Of a DNA stretch of 64,000 bases, positions 13,791-27,282 are shown one piece after another. Under the pieces are notes generated by a model. That model searched no databases and had not been told where the DNA came from. It saw only the letters and a list, made by a program, of their open reading frames with translations. Source of the stretch: Botryllus schlosseri (Eukaryota); the NCBI GenBank assembly GCA_051294905.1, contig CM119372.1, positions 33,296,001-33,360,000 on the forward strand. Direction: 5' to 3'. Position 1 is the stretch's first letter; every line of letters begins with the position of its first letter. Both the position numbers and the translations under genes were made by a program.

Positions 13791-14940
13791 CACGTGGACC
13801 CTTGATACTCGACTTTGATAACGTACTTACTACTGCAATTATTGGGTCACAGCTTTAGAACTTCGTACAGTGTTAGATGCCATCATGAAGATATGTAGTA
13901 CGAAATTTTGTTATCCCTCGCCGTATAGGACACAATCAAAATCTACACATACTAATACTGTTTTTCTTGAAAAATCAGTTATGCGGTTGGCTGAAGGTCA
14001 AATGATTGCATCTTACACTGAACCAATTTTTGAGGGTGTGACTCGGTGATCAGGATAGTAATTTCGTTATCATAGTCGAGTATATCAAGTACATCGCTGA
14101 CCTGCCATCTTGCCTACTGCATGACAGATTTTTCACAAAAGCCGAAATTGCTGTAATGCTATATGTAGGCTTTGAATGTGTTTTATTCCTGGGTGAATAA
14201 CAAAATATCGTATTATATATTCTGATGGAGACATCTAGCACTGTATCGAGTTTTAAGGCTGTGACTCAATTATTACGGTAGCAATTTCGTTTTCAAAGTC
14301 GCGTATATCAGGGTGGCGCTGATTTGGCATTCAGCCTGCCGAATAGCAGATTTTATTGCAAAAGCCAATATTGGTATGTGTACAATTTAAATGTATTTTA
14401 TACGGCTATGGATAATAAAATTTCGTATTGTATATCTTGATGAAGGAATCTAACACTGTTTCAAGGGTGTGACTCTATAATTACAGTAGTAAGTACGTTA
14501 TCAAATTCGAGTATCCAGGGTCTGCGTGTGCTGATTTGGCATTGCGCCTACCGCATAAATGAATTTCCGCAAAATTTGATATTGGTATATGTGAATTTTG
14601 AAATTGTTTCATACCGAGATGGATGACGAAATTTGGCATGGTATATCTTGGCTGTGTTATGCAGCTTCGCAGTAGGTTTTAGTATCGTCAGTCAATGATT
14701 AGCATAGTAATTCCGTTATCAAAATCGACAATATATCGGTGCGCGCTGATTTACTCGATACTCGACTTCGACACCGAAATTACGACGCTAGTCATAAAGC
14801 CGTAGTCTTGAAACTTGGTACAGCGCAAGATGACAGCATCAAAATATACCAGACGAAATTATGTCGCCCAACTCGATATGGAACATAGTTAAAATCAACG
14901 AAGAGCAATAGCGACTTTGCCTTTAATTACTGTTGCAGAC
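13791..14940. repeat. Diverged ~210-220-bp satellite-like repeat with units in both orientations
   Basis: Motif gtgactc...gtagtaa.t.cgttatcaaa.tcgagtat recurs near 14040, 14260, 14470 and 14690. Reverse-complement copies lie at ~13797 and ~14757. Confidence 0.75.
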
Positions 14941-16201
14941 TGATCGACATTAACTAAGTCGTCAAAGGTATATGGGCGTGACAGTCACGTGATTTTCCAA
15001 GTGTCCACACCACCTTTGAGTACACGCTGGTTTAATAATGACGTATACGAAAGTCAATTGCATGGTCAATTGGTCATGGTCACACTCGACCGAACGGACG
15101 CTTTTTGATGCAGTTTTCTCGGAGCTTCCCAAGTGCAACAGCGAGAGAATCCACAACCGACTTATTTCGAGAGTTCAGCCTGGAAGACTTCGCTATGCAT
15201 AACAACTACACTGTTATAGGCAACAAGGTTAGTACGATCGGTATTTGTGTTGACGCGTAATTTACGTTAGAATTCTAGAACCCATCTACAGCCAGTAGTA
15301 GCCAACGTTGGGGTCGTCACGTGTCGTCTAAATCTACTCACGGAGACGAATTGTAACATGAAGTGCAATTGCATAAATTCTGTGCTGCCGTGTAACTATA
15401 AGTCGATGTCAAACCACAGCGAAACCACAGCCAAATTAGTCAAGGATTTACAACGCATATACATTCACACTGTTGAGGGTAATAAAAGGATAAATGTTGC
15501 AAATTCTTTACATGCATGTATAATTGAAGCTCTCTTTTTCTAATTAGCGTGTAACCCGATTTTAATGATGTATCGCTCACGAATATTTATCATGTAGCCT
15601 ATTTATCTATTAGATGCGGAGATGGTATATAATGAAGTTGGTGTACTTTTTCGGGGTACTCAAATAGATTTTGATTCCACTCACGTGTTTATATTTTAAA
15701 ACTACTTTAACTCCTACTTCACAGTTGTTTAGGCAAAACTACATATTTTTGTCATTCAGATTTATAAAAAAGTAGAAAATAATTTTGGAATCAATTTTCA
15801 TCCTTTTTATGAATGGAATTTTCGCTAAAACAGCGTTAAATAGCCGTGGAGTCACAATAACTATATATATATACATATCCTATTTGTAGTGACATTGGTC
15901 ACTTAGCAATATTCGTGAAGATACATCTTCCAAAATTGAAACTAATCACCTGCGATTACCCACAAGAAGTAGTCGACATCTGAGCCAAATCTACTTGTTG
16001 AATATACTTACTTGAGTATTCTTCAGAAACTTCCATTTTCTACAGCCCCTTCAAGGGGTTTTGACATGTCTTAAAAATAGGTTCTTCTATACTTCCATTT
16101 AAGCACAAATTTACGGCGTGAATCTACTTCAATTCTACTTTTACGCTTACTATTTTGATCACATCTGATTAGTTGTGCTTCATACATTCCAGTGGTAGCA
16201 C

Positions 16202-16626
16202 AAGGGTTGCATTTAAAACAAACGATATTTGAAAACACTTTGTTTAAAACATGGGGCTTAAAAAAATTTGTGTTTTTTTTTAAGTTGTAAAATTATGCCA
16301 TAATTTGGTAAATACACTCGACAAAACATGTTGTATAAGCCTAAGGACAATTAACACCCGATGCAGCCGACGTATATCGATATGGGATGGTTAGAACCCT
16401 CAAAATAGTCGGTTCAACAGCAACAGTACAGATATTTCGTCGAAGGAGCTGTATTTACCCTATTATTTCAATTGTCAATGTCAATCCACTATGACGTCAC
16501 AATTGAATTTTCGTGACGTCATGGCTTAATAAAAATAAAAAAAAACAATAAAAAACATGTTTCAAATAAGGGCCTAGTTTTAAACATGTTTGTTTTAAAT
16601 TGATTTTTATTTTAAATGCAACCCTA
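16202..16626. mobile_element. hAT MITE, family TAGGGTTGCA
   Basis: TIR (T/A)AGGGTTGCATTTAAAA...TTTTAAATGCAACCCTA; perfect 8-bp TSD GGTAGCAC; second copy at 23830. Confidence 0.9.
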
Positions 16627-16779
16627 GGTAGCACCAAACGTAAATGAACAATGATCTTCGCCATGGTATACCTCTTGCTTTGAATGTAAATATCCGAAGA
16701 AGACAAAGTAGACACTTTTAATCTTATTCGTTGCGGAGTCATTCATCCTCACGTTGTCACAATAATGAATCTGCGACTT

Positions 16780-17040
16780 CGCGGTAGTGATGAACTGCTG
16801 ATGTAGGACTACAGCTACAACACCAATGGGTTCGAGTCTGACCGAGGTCGACTTCAGAATTCCTACCTGAGTGTTGAAGGTTTATCCAGGCCCCTCCTCG
16901 CCACCTCATCCGTGTAAGCGGTGTCTTATGAAAGCCTGGAAGTGCTACAAGTCGGTAAATACCGAATCTTCACAAAGAATATCGGCCATGTATAAAATGA
17001 CCTATGTAGTCGAAACACCATAAATATCATAAACAACAAA
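16780..17040 (+). mobile_element. tRNA-derived SINE (family 1)
   Basis: B-box GGTTCGAGTC at 16829; body shared with copies at 32831, ~38385, 46283 and 50740; (AAAC)-like tail. Confidence 0.8.
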
Positions 17041-17634
17041 TGTCATCTGGTTGCGTCCATGCTTGTGGCCTTTCCCACCGTCCAATAAATTGAGTCAGCT
17101 ATATGGTCAATGCGACAGCACCTATTTACAATCCAGATCATGGTCTTGATAGAAATACAATCCTTACTAATTGTATGACGCGAGCGTAGGTTCGAGTGAT
17201 GCAATTTCTACCATAGGTTGCGCCCGTCATTATACGGAACTGTGCCGAAGAATATCAAATGACGAACAACAGACGGAACGAAAGCGGTCAATTGCATTCT
17301 CATTACACGGCTCACGATCTGCTCATGGTAACATTGCTTTCAATCTCTCGCGGCCATAATTCGTGATTTCTAGAAACGATTGACATATTAGGTCTTGCTA
17401 TATAGTAAGGAGACTGCATAATGTATCGATTACCACTAAGCCGTTCTGATTGCATCGCCTATTACTGCAATATCTGAACCAATTACTGTCTCTGTTGGAA
17501 GCATGCGGTTCTTATTCAACCACAAAATGTAGCGGTTCAGTTGACTTGATTTCAAATTGTGCTGGAGTAGGCTGGATGGCGATTGGTGGATTATGGTCTT
17601 ACGTAACCATCTTTCACGACTATACCAACTAAAT

Positions 17635-18099
17635 CAAGGGCGGGTAACTTTTCCGGTCGTCGGGCCGGATATGGGAAATGAAATACTTGGCGAGCCGGGT
17701 TACAGAATCGATACATTATTCGCGTATTTATCCACCTTCGTATTTAATGTAAACGTCAAATTCAAAGCATATATCCAAAACAGTATTTAAATTAATAGCT
17801 GTTGAGGTAAATCAGACATCTGTGGTCAAAATTGTCAACAAGTTCTTTGAACTCTGGCTGCATGTCAGATGTAGAAACCCTTAGTCAACACTGCACGTGT
17901 ACATCAGTTATATGTTTGCTCGCAATCTATATGTAGACCCGAACAGAACACAGTTTCATGACCATCATTCTCAGTTTGGCAAACTTGGATTCATTCTGTG
18001 GCTCAAATTTTTTCAATACTTTCAGATTAGGATTCCACTTTCAGGGTAGCTCTGCGGCCGCTCAAAATCCAGTCGCGGGCCGTATGTTGCCCGACCCTG
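17635..18099. mobile_element. Old hAT-type MITE
   Basis: Imperfect TIR CAAGGGCGGGTAAC / GTTGCCCGACCCTG with GGGCCG subterminal motifs; no clear TSD. Confidence 0.5.
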
Positions 18100-18189
18100 A
18101 AGTACGGAATCGTATTCCGTATCCTGTTTTTATGTGGTCAAACAAGTTTCTGACGTTTGAGCATGTACGTACAGTAGTACACTGTACAA

Positions 18190-19195
18190 CAGGGATGGTG
18201 TGAACCTCTGAAAGGTTCAGGTTCGTGTGAACGCGAACCTTTTTGAAAGGTTCTGTGTGAACGCGAACGTGAACCTCATGACGTCACGTGACGTCATTTT
18301 GCTAATTCCAACCATACATTTCAGTGAAATGATAGCCTATATTAATGTGCACGATACCTAGCGACAACTCGGACCACATAATGCCACAATGCATAAGTAC
18401 GATTGACGTTTTAAACGTCGCCAATTGTATCAACTGGGGCAATCAAATGACATAACAATCTCATAAAATCACTATCTTCCGTAGATTTGCCAACAATTTC
18501 GATGAGTAGACCTACCTGCAATGCAAAGGAATATAAGCTTAGGCCTTAACGGTCTAGGCCAGACAGGACAATGTATTCGGCGTCCGAGTATTGCTACGTT
18601 GATATTCAGCAGAGTGTAAAATGGCTTTCTATACTTGCTACCGACATTAGCAAGTTATACAACAGTATAGCCAACACCCCAATCGCACGGATTTGGTTTT
18701 ATGATACAATAAACATACGAAGTCGAGATTGACCCCGTATGCGTGCTAGATTTTTTACATCAGACAACGATATCAATTTCATTGATTGGTTTAATAAGCA
18801 TCATTCGCTGACTACCTACATGCAGTGTATTTCGCTATTGATTTTGTGTGATTGCGGGTCAAGCTCACAGCATAGAGTCACTAAATATTCACAAACGGAA
18901 AGCCGGATATTTCGAGTAATATTTTGTAACAAAACAAGTAAAGTTTTTGAGATTACCAAGGTGCATGTTCATTTTAGTGTTGATATATTATGCTGCTAGA
19001 GCCATACATACAGTGGCCCGCAGTTAAAATGCAATAAATTTCAACCAAAGATATTATAATGAAGTGAAAACTGTAATATATGAAAAAGGTTCACAGTGCA
19101 GAACCTATCAAGGTTCGTTTGTGAACGTGAATCTCTAAATTTCTAAGGTTCACACACAGAACGCGAACGCGAACCTCACGTTCACACCATCCCTG
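18190..19195. mobile_element. hAT MITE with GTGAAC/GCGAAC subterminal repeats
   Basis: TIR CAGGGATGGTGTGAAC...GTTCACACCATCCCTG; TSD CTGTACAA/CTGTACAG. Confidence 0.9.
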
Positions 19196-20653
19196 CTGTA
19201 CAGCATACTCGGAGCTACAGGAAGTTTGTTTTATACAAGTTAAAAATACGATTCGTTTAAAATCAGGACAAATTCTTCCTGCTGAAAGACAGTTTCGTCG
19301 GTATCGACAGACACAACACCATCGAGGAACACGGAGTTCCCAACCTCCACGCAGTCAACGTGAAGCCGACCATTTACGCGATAGGCCAACCTACTATGAA
19401 CGGACTGGAGAAATTTTCCGTCGAGCTACTCGAGAAACACGAGGTTTGTCCTATAGGACAGGGGCATGCAATGTCTCCGTTCAGCGGGCTTGATATGGGA
19501 AAATGAAGTGTTTGGCGGGCCGGATTCCTGAATTGATACATTAATCGCGTATACGCATTATTTATCCACCTATACAAAGAATATGTCGTATACTCGTATT
19601 TAATGTAAACTTTAAGTTGAAAGCGTAGAAACCTGCCCGTGGGACGTATGATGGCCGCCCATGACCTAGGGTCATAGGTTTAGAGAACATTCACGCTTCT
19701 TATCGACCCTATCGCAATTGTTCGACAAGTATTTTTCAAACTTCAATATCGAATTATACTAATAGAAACTTAACAATGAATAAATTTAGTCCAACATATT
19801 CTCGTAGCGTCTAAAATCTCACAAAACTACAATATTGCGACAAAATATCCTGTTCCGTTTAGGTCTCTGATAAAATTTTAGGTTTGACTAGCTGTTTGCA
19901 AATTTCCACTGGAGGAGACCTGCTGTGACCCGGTGCGGTGCTAAGATTCTAATTTCATTGCAAGGATCGCTAAAATTATCCATAACCTTGGACAATTGGA
20001 CATAGGATAACGATTCTTGCCCTTGTCAATATTGCCGCTATGCTCAGGATTCATCTGGGTGGACCTAAATGCGACCTAGTCGAATAATACTGTTGCGTCA
20101 ATATCTGGTATGCAAATCATAATTTAATTATCTCAATGTATGTGCCAATAACAGTCATCACCGTTGTGGATGACTTGTTGAACGTCATTCCACCCGTAAA
20201 ACTTTGAATTCTTCAATCGGACTACGGTGGGCTGGGCAGTTCACAGGCGTTTCCTCGTAGTTGATTCGCGTCAATGAGCATGAAACATAACATCATTACG
20301 TCATGCCTCGTTTCAGTTCGTTTACTACGTCAACGTTCGTGCGCTACCGACTCTGTTTTTACGTCGCAGCGGAGATTTCATTCCATACTCCGCGTACATT
20401 CCCAAGCGCCGGGGTGAGGCACCGTGTTTCTTCACTAGCGAAACGGCTCTTCTCGACGCTGAGAGGGAGATGCAGTTACAGGTATCTGCGATATGTTTAA
20501 CGTATTGGAGCGGCAAGGCATCAAATAGTGTTAATAGTCTGATAAAACCAATCATGGCCGATTTCAATCGGACTGCAATATCGACGCCGGAATCTAGTCG
20601 CTATGTGGTAACATCTTTTTGGAGGGTGTAAATCAAAATCGTTTAGCCTATTG

Positions 20654-20980
20654 CAGTGGTTCCCAGCCTTTTTCGCTCCCATATTTACGCATCCGAAAAG
20701 AGGACATACAAACGGAAAATTTATTCACCTAAATCTGATCGCTGGTGAATTGAGTAAGAAAATAAGTCTTTATCCTAGTAGGTGCTCGGAAAACCGGTTT
20801 CCATGTCTACTTTCGGTTGAGCTGACATTTTAACGCCGTTTTCACGTGTATTTTTCAGCCTTTTCATTAAATATGTCTCACTGGACTTTGTGACATTTTT
20901 TCCATCCTACCGCCCCCAAATCACCCCTTTGCTATTTCACCCTCTTGTTTATCAAAATCACCCTACTTTGAGTACCACTG
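20654..20980. mobile_element. Short hAT MITE
   Basis: CAGTGGT...ACCACTG ends; degenerate TSD GCCTATTG/GCGTAATG. Confidence 0.6.
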
Positions 20981-23829
20981 GCGTAATGGGCAAATACTAA
21001 GTACTTGGAATGTGACTAATTCTGTTGATTCGCTTCGGACCAACTAATCATCGGACTTGATATTTGAGAGACTGTATTCGATCCTATAAATGCCTGACTC
21101 GGAATGATTTCGAATTTGCGATCCATAATATCCCTCCCAAATTAGTAATCACAATGTGATAACGCTGCAACTTGATCATTTATGTTCAAATAAAATACGA
21201 AGCCTCCGTTGAAACTATTCTGTTGGATGTGGCGAAAAAAATCCCTGTATTCGCAGTAATCGCCTAGCAAGCACACTCAACAACAACCACCAAACTAAGA
21301 TGAAGATAAGCGTACTAATTAGTTCCAGGTCAAGCCCAATCGAGGTTGACTCCAAAATTGATGTCATCGTGATGAAGTTTTCTATAGGAGTCTCATCAAC
21401 ATAAAGCCATGTATCGTATGAAGCTAATATTTTTGCATCCGACAGCGTCATCTCAATCTACAACACCCATCAGTTCTTCAAGCAGACCTTTTGATGTAGT
21501 GTAAAATCATTTGAAATCTATAATGAATAATTCAGAGTTATTTCTGATTTTCTCGGCGCGAATATCACCACGGTATTGTAGTATTAGATGGACACTATAG
21601 CTCTCCCTAGCTGCATCATTCGTTATTTGCGAATCATATACGACACAGAGCAAACTCATGTCTCAACGTCTAAATCCAAACAGACCTCACATCCTTGCGA
21701 AGTTCAGAACCGATGCGTCCTATGCCCATACTCTCAGTTTAGTGCTACGGATAAATCTACTGAGCACTTAGATGTGGTCAGTAACGAATAACTCATGCAT
21801 ATTCGAATTACTCGAGTAAGTTTTCCGGAGTTATACTCCTTAATCTAGTGCTTATATATTTAGAGTAAAGGTGTCATAACAACTCGGCTACATATCCCCT
21901 GCATCGCGATAACTGAATATATATTTCGAAAATTTCGTTTGCTTATAGCAGCTGATCTAAAAATCTTTAGACCGCGACCGAAATTTAAGTTTTATTGGCA
22001 TCTCGTGATTCACGCATCGAAATAATTTATTTTTTAATGATAGTATGCTACGACTTCAAATTACGGGGTGCATTGTTTTCATTGCGGGCCGCATTTGTAC
22101 GGCGGGCCTCAGATTACAAGAACAGATTAGGTGCCAACCATTTCCACGACCGGACATATCAATATCGAAGGTTTATCGGAAGTTACGGCCCCGCTCTTTC
22201 CCTCTCCCTACCCTAGCCGAGTATTAACCGCGCATGTTAAAGCTTTACAGAAAAGCCAATGTGGAACAAATCTTCTCATAACCTCAAAACAATTTATAAA
22301 GATTCGCACATTTTCATGATCAAGCCATATTGTCGTAACCACAGATCTGCTTGTCTCATTTATTGACTATAATACTCAATAGTGTGACTTTGGGTATGGG
22401 CAGACTATCTACAGAAGATCGCGCGAAACGCGAACACATTTTTACGTTGCAAGAAATTCGGCAAATATTACATACATCTTTGAAGATCGCTCTGATGCGG
22501 TCGCGACCGAAATTTATGTCCGTCGCGACCCATGCTTCGGTCGTTAATAAATCCATTTTCCTTTGACAATACTTACTTGAGTGCTCTTCAGACCCTCTTT
22601 TCTATTTCGACATGTAATTGAGTACGACTTGACGACAATACTTATACTTCTGTCGTCTCAACGTCTCAGCGTTCACTATCTTGACCGCCCCTGGAAACAC
22701 ATCGCGGATACCTCAATGTTTGTTCTGCGGCACAGGCTTTGAATATCGCTCGCATGAACGGGGGTTTATTTTATTTCTACAACGTCCTCGACGCGTCGCC
22801 CGACGAACCTCACATGTATCAGATCAGCACGATGGAAGATCTTGTCACGTCACGGCAGCTGTTTTCGAAGGTGCAATCCGACCATACCAATTTCAGGTAA
22901 ATCCGTACGACGCCGCATCTGTAATATACGCTTCAACTACATGCACTATGTGCTCTAATGGTGCTTTGTAGACTTCTAATTCGACAATTTCTGAACCTGA
23001 TGTCCTTTCACATTTTTGTCAAGTAGAGAGTAATTTTGGAATACCACCATACCTTTTCATCATGACCGGTCAATTTGTCAATTCCCTAGTCCGTAGAACC
23101 ATTAGCCATTGTTAACAGCGATGTGTCTGTTTATTACCAGATTAAGTCAAGGATGATTGCATGAATTTATGATGAATCGCGCCTGCGTCCACCAAATCCT
23201 TTGCGCGACCCAATTTTTGGTTGGCAACCAATGTTTATAATGTTTCTATTATGTACTGCATCCTGATATATAGGATGCAACAAAGAAAATTAAAGTTCAT
23301 TGGCTATACATCGCGTACGAACACGAAGCCCCGGAAAACAACTGAAATATTAATGATGTTTCGCTTACGCTGCACATGGTTAATCTTAGTATCACCCCTT
23401 CGGTGCTGTTGCTGTGGTAATGACTTCAGTTATATTCTTGTCAACAATGTAATGGAGTCCCAAAGGAATCGACGATGCGAACAAATAAGAATAAGATCAA
23501 TACAGTGGTTTATAATGGATATTGGGAGTGTACTTGAACTGAACTTGAAGCATTCCTCATATATTACCAGTGGCGTGTGTATAATTCAAAAGAACGCTCT
23601 GCTTACTAAGATTTCTTGATCCCACTGCACTGGGAATTGCATTATATAAACATTCACATATTTGTTATCGGTATGGGTGTGGAAAAAGAGTTTTATCGGT
23701 GACAAGGGAATATCGAAATCATGACAGATTTTCACCGGAATCTATAAGTGTCGCATCGAATCCGACAGAAAGCACATATGATACTACTGTGAAAATAAAA
23801 ACAGTTCTCACAATCTCCACAATTATAGT

Positions 23830-24238
23830 TAGGGCTGCATTTAAAACAAATGGTTGTTCAAAACACTTTGTATAAAACATGTCTTAAACAGTGTTTTGAA
23901 GAAAGGACTTGAAAAAAACATTTTTTTTTAAGTTGTAAAATTATGTCCTAATTGTGTAAATACTTTCCAAAAACATGTTGCATGAGCCTACAGACAATTA
24001 CCACCAGATATAGCCGACGTATACGATATGGAATGGATGGAACCCTCAAAATAGTCAGTTCAGTAGCTATAGTACGTTGATATTTCGTCAAAGGAGCTAA
24101 ATCTAGCATATAATTTCAATTGTCAATGTCAATTCACTATGACATCACAATTGAATATTCCTGACGTCATGGCTTAAAAGAACATGTTTTAAACAAGGGC
24201 CCATTTTTCAATTGATATTTGTTTCAAATGCAACCCTA
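23830..24238. mobile_element. hAT MITE, family TAGGGTTGCA (copy 2)
   Basis: Colinear with 16202-16626; TSD ATTATAGT/ATTATACT. Confidence 0.9.
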
Positions 24239-25192
24239 ATTATACTGTAATTGAAGCGCAGTTTCACAGGAGTTATAAGAAACGCATGAAGTTTGTACCA
24301 GCATTTTCGAGGTATTTTGCCGAAATACAAGAAATTATATACCCACTGTTCATGTCCATGTGGCATATATTTCATCGTCATGTGCCATACCCCTTCCCCT
24401 TTGTATACTTAATAGGTCATGGTCAAGCTCGAGAATAGAGGCGTGATCAACGGAATACTGCCAACGTCGTTGAACTGTAGCAAACTTCAACATGATAGAT
24501 GATGTCGCCGCCATGCTAGGTCCCGTAATAGGGTAGGAGGGGTACGATATTTCGGAATGCAAAAATCCCGGATAATAATCATATATTGATGCTTTAGTTG
24601 AATTTTCGATCCGCGAGATATGCCAATTAGAATGAAATCTTTGTTGAGTATTAAATGAATAAGTAATTTGAAAAGAGTAAGCGTCGGAAACTATAAAAAT
24701 GAAGGTAAACATGGTTCGTGCCACGTGTACGTATCAAGAACCAATACCGCAGTGTGTTCCAATAAAGAATAAGTCATTGAGACTTGTCATTGCTGATTAG
24801 GCCAATGAGGGGCTGATTGTCGTATGTGTTTCTCAGATGAGTATGAATTTGAATTTATTTTCTGTCAAGTACAGTTATCGGCCTTCTCAATAGTCAAAAA
24901 ACCGCCACGAAAGAGTATCTGTCCGGAATTAGGAAATTATATCGGATGGTGTGTAACTGGCATAATTTATCCCGTGGCAGCAACAAAGATACACGTTTCA
25001 AGTCATGAGTAATGTTGCGACGTCATAATATGCCGTACTCGACAAGACTCTAGGCTATCTTATACCTGCTTTTTCAGATACAAAAGAATGGTTTTGCCAG
25101 ATTGTGAAGACCCGACAATCGAATGGATGGACTCTCTCGTTGACTTGATGAAGGCAAGACAACAGACTTTGCCTTGTCTTGTTGTCCTAGTT

Positions 25193-26374
25193 CAGTTATT
25201 CCCAACCAGTGGTCCACGGAACCCTTAGGGGTTCGTGAGAAAGCATTCGGGGCTCCGTGATGACCTTGATGAATTTTGGGAAAGAAACGAAAAGTGATCT
25301 TTTGCTTTCATTTATATCATTAAACTAGGGTCACCATACGTCATCCTTTAGGAGGATTTGTCCTCATTTTTCAGGTTTTTGAAAGTGTCGTTCGAGGACA
25401 CCTAAATGTCCTCCATTTTGGCAATTCGTCCTCCTTTACAGCTTTAAAAGCTAAGATAGTGGATAGATTCGAGTGAAAAAGGGCATAAATGACGCTAAAT
25501 AGGAAATTCGTCGTTCGATCGATCCCAGCAAATTTTTCAGCAAAAATAGCGAAATCGACTGATTTAAGTTTTGATCAACGAGCTTTTCCGATTTGGTAAA
25601 AGTGTCCTCCTTTCCCGATTCCAAAATATGGTAACCCTACTTTAAATGCACATGTGTCAAGCTCACGCACGCGAGAATAAACTGTACAGGTAGTTGATGC
25701 TGCTGCCTACAGGGTGTACATGTACATTGACCTTACACTACAATACTACATCTACCACAACGCATGGCGATTACAGTCAAATCCGGACTGTCTATTACAT
25801 AATCGAGAAAAAAATGCGTTTTAGTTCAGGAAAGGCATCAATAGCTATTTGTTTAAATTTGCTTACGTTGAAAAAGTTTCGGTTCACCTTTTAAAAAAAA
25901 ATATATCTCAGAGGTAATCCGCTTGGCGAAGGGCGAAAAGTTGGGTCACCTTCAATTAAAATTGATATCCCGGAGGTAAACCGCTTGGCGGAGGGCGACC
26001 AAGTCCTTATAGTGCGATGTGTAACTCCCGCTAAAACATCTAGCACTCTTCTCGTGTTGTGCAGACGTATTGCGTTGGTCGTCAGCCAACCTTGTATTCA
26101 TTTATATATTTCTCGACTTTTTCTAGTTTCTTGTTTTGGTATTATGTCAATTGTTATTCAACTTTATGAAAACGGTGTATTCAACTTTTAATCTTTGATT
26201 CGTTCTGTTGTTGTTCTTTCTTTCTTTAACAACAATAATTTGACACATTACAGTAGTTGAGTAGCATAATTATTTTTATAATTAACAGTTTGTTTATGGG
26301 GTACAGGCAGACATCCGTAGAGTTAATAATTTGTCTGAAGGGGTCCGTGACAACGAAAAGGCTGGGAACCACTG
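25193..26374. mobile_element. Non-autonomous hAT element inserted in the coding sequence of pseudogene A
   Basis: CAGTTATTCCCAACC...GGCTGGGAACCACTG; TSD TCCTAGTT/TCCTAATT. Confidence 0.85.
25326..25639. mobile_element. Nested hAT MITE, family TAGGGT(C/T)ACCATA with GTCCT repeats
   Basis: TIR TAGGGTCACCATA / TATGGTAACCCTA; TSD CATTAAAC/CTTTAAAT; related copy at 57447. Confidence 0.8.
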
Positions 26375-27282
26375 TCCTAATTATAGTTGTCTTGCACTGT
26401 ATGTATGGCAGTCAAATCAGCAATTAACATTGATGAAGGGATGAATGGATTTGTTGCTGTAAAATCCTGCAACATTTTTATGCAATGGCAATACATTATA
26501 TTAAATGAAAATGTATGTTTCCATGAGGGTTTAAAAACCTTCTGCGAGTAATAGTGCAGCCAAGCCCATACTTAGTCACCAATGACACACGAAGAAGCTG
26601 CGTTTCATAACTATTGACTGAAGCTCTCATTGGCCTGGCGTGAACAAAGATATCTCTTGCAGGAAATCAAAAACCATGAAGCGAAGAACGTTGCTCTCGT
26701 ATTTCAATGCCTGACCGGAGAAGGAGCGGCACGACTGGCCGCCATGGTCGCCTTGCTCTCACTGGACAATCCGCAACTGTCGCTTGACCAATCAGAAGAG
26801 TAAGTATGCTGGTAGTTAGGCCTAGGTATTAAGGGGGTAATGGGGCTTAGCTACTCGGCTTTTTGCCCAGGACGATATCTGGCGATAAGAGTATGCTGGC
26901 GATTATTCAATCGGCGATTAATGTATTCTTGCAAAGTTGGCGATTATATCCAGGGACATGGCAGAAGTTTGTCATCCCGTAACGGTGGTCTTGTGCTCCC
27001 ATATGGTGATCATTACAACCTATGGGAGTGGATCATGATTCGTTGAACGATTTCTCGTAGCTGTTGCTGCAAAAGAGGGAAACAAATCAATGTGCTTGCC
27101 CACATGCACCATTTTAAATATTTATGCAGTTCTTATCCAAACTAAATAAATAATCGGGGCACAACTGAGAATCTGCGGCGGCACACACTTCAGATATAAC
27201 TGGTCGATCGGAAATATCAATGATATTAAATATTAGTGTGCATTTGTTTCGGGATCACAGGCTGCAGAGCCTTCGACTAAAG

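Larger units (their letters stand above)
21215..27066 (-). pseudogene. CatSper auxiliary-subunit-like (gamma/beta-like) pseudogene A
   Basis: Minus-strand motifs LLRVSLVTKYGLGCTITRRRF (~26533-26597; cf. CATSPERG MRVDISSNGLGTFIPDKRF from memory) and GIR*PRVLSS (25037-25066; cf. GSWIRVLAS); ORF 24350..24724; donor-like GTAAGT near 22575. Terminal exon 21457-21215 has WLYVDETP plus a hydrophobic TM stretch (cf. CATSPERB IYVDEAP + TM). Many stops; MITEs at 23830 and 25193 interrupt it. Confidence 0.6.

Noticed and set aside
14938..20300. Possible plus-strand gene (exon-like pieces at ~14938-15228, 17040-17630, 19863-20110)
   Set aside because: Splice-like signals exist, but all frames have stops and I recognise no protein family.
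26663..26799. Plus-strand exon-like ORF (VALVFQCLTGEG..., AG/GTAAGT bounded) resembling a paladin/PTP loop
   Set aside because: It lacks the CX5R arginine, has no companion exons, and is the antisense of the CatSper-like frame.
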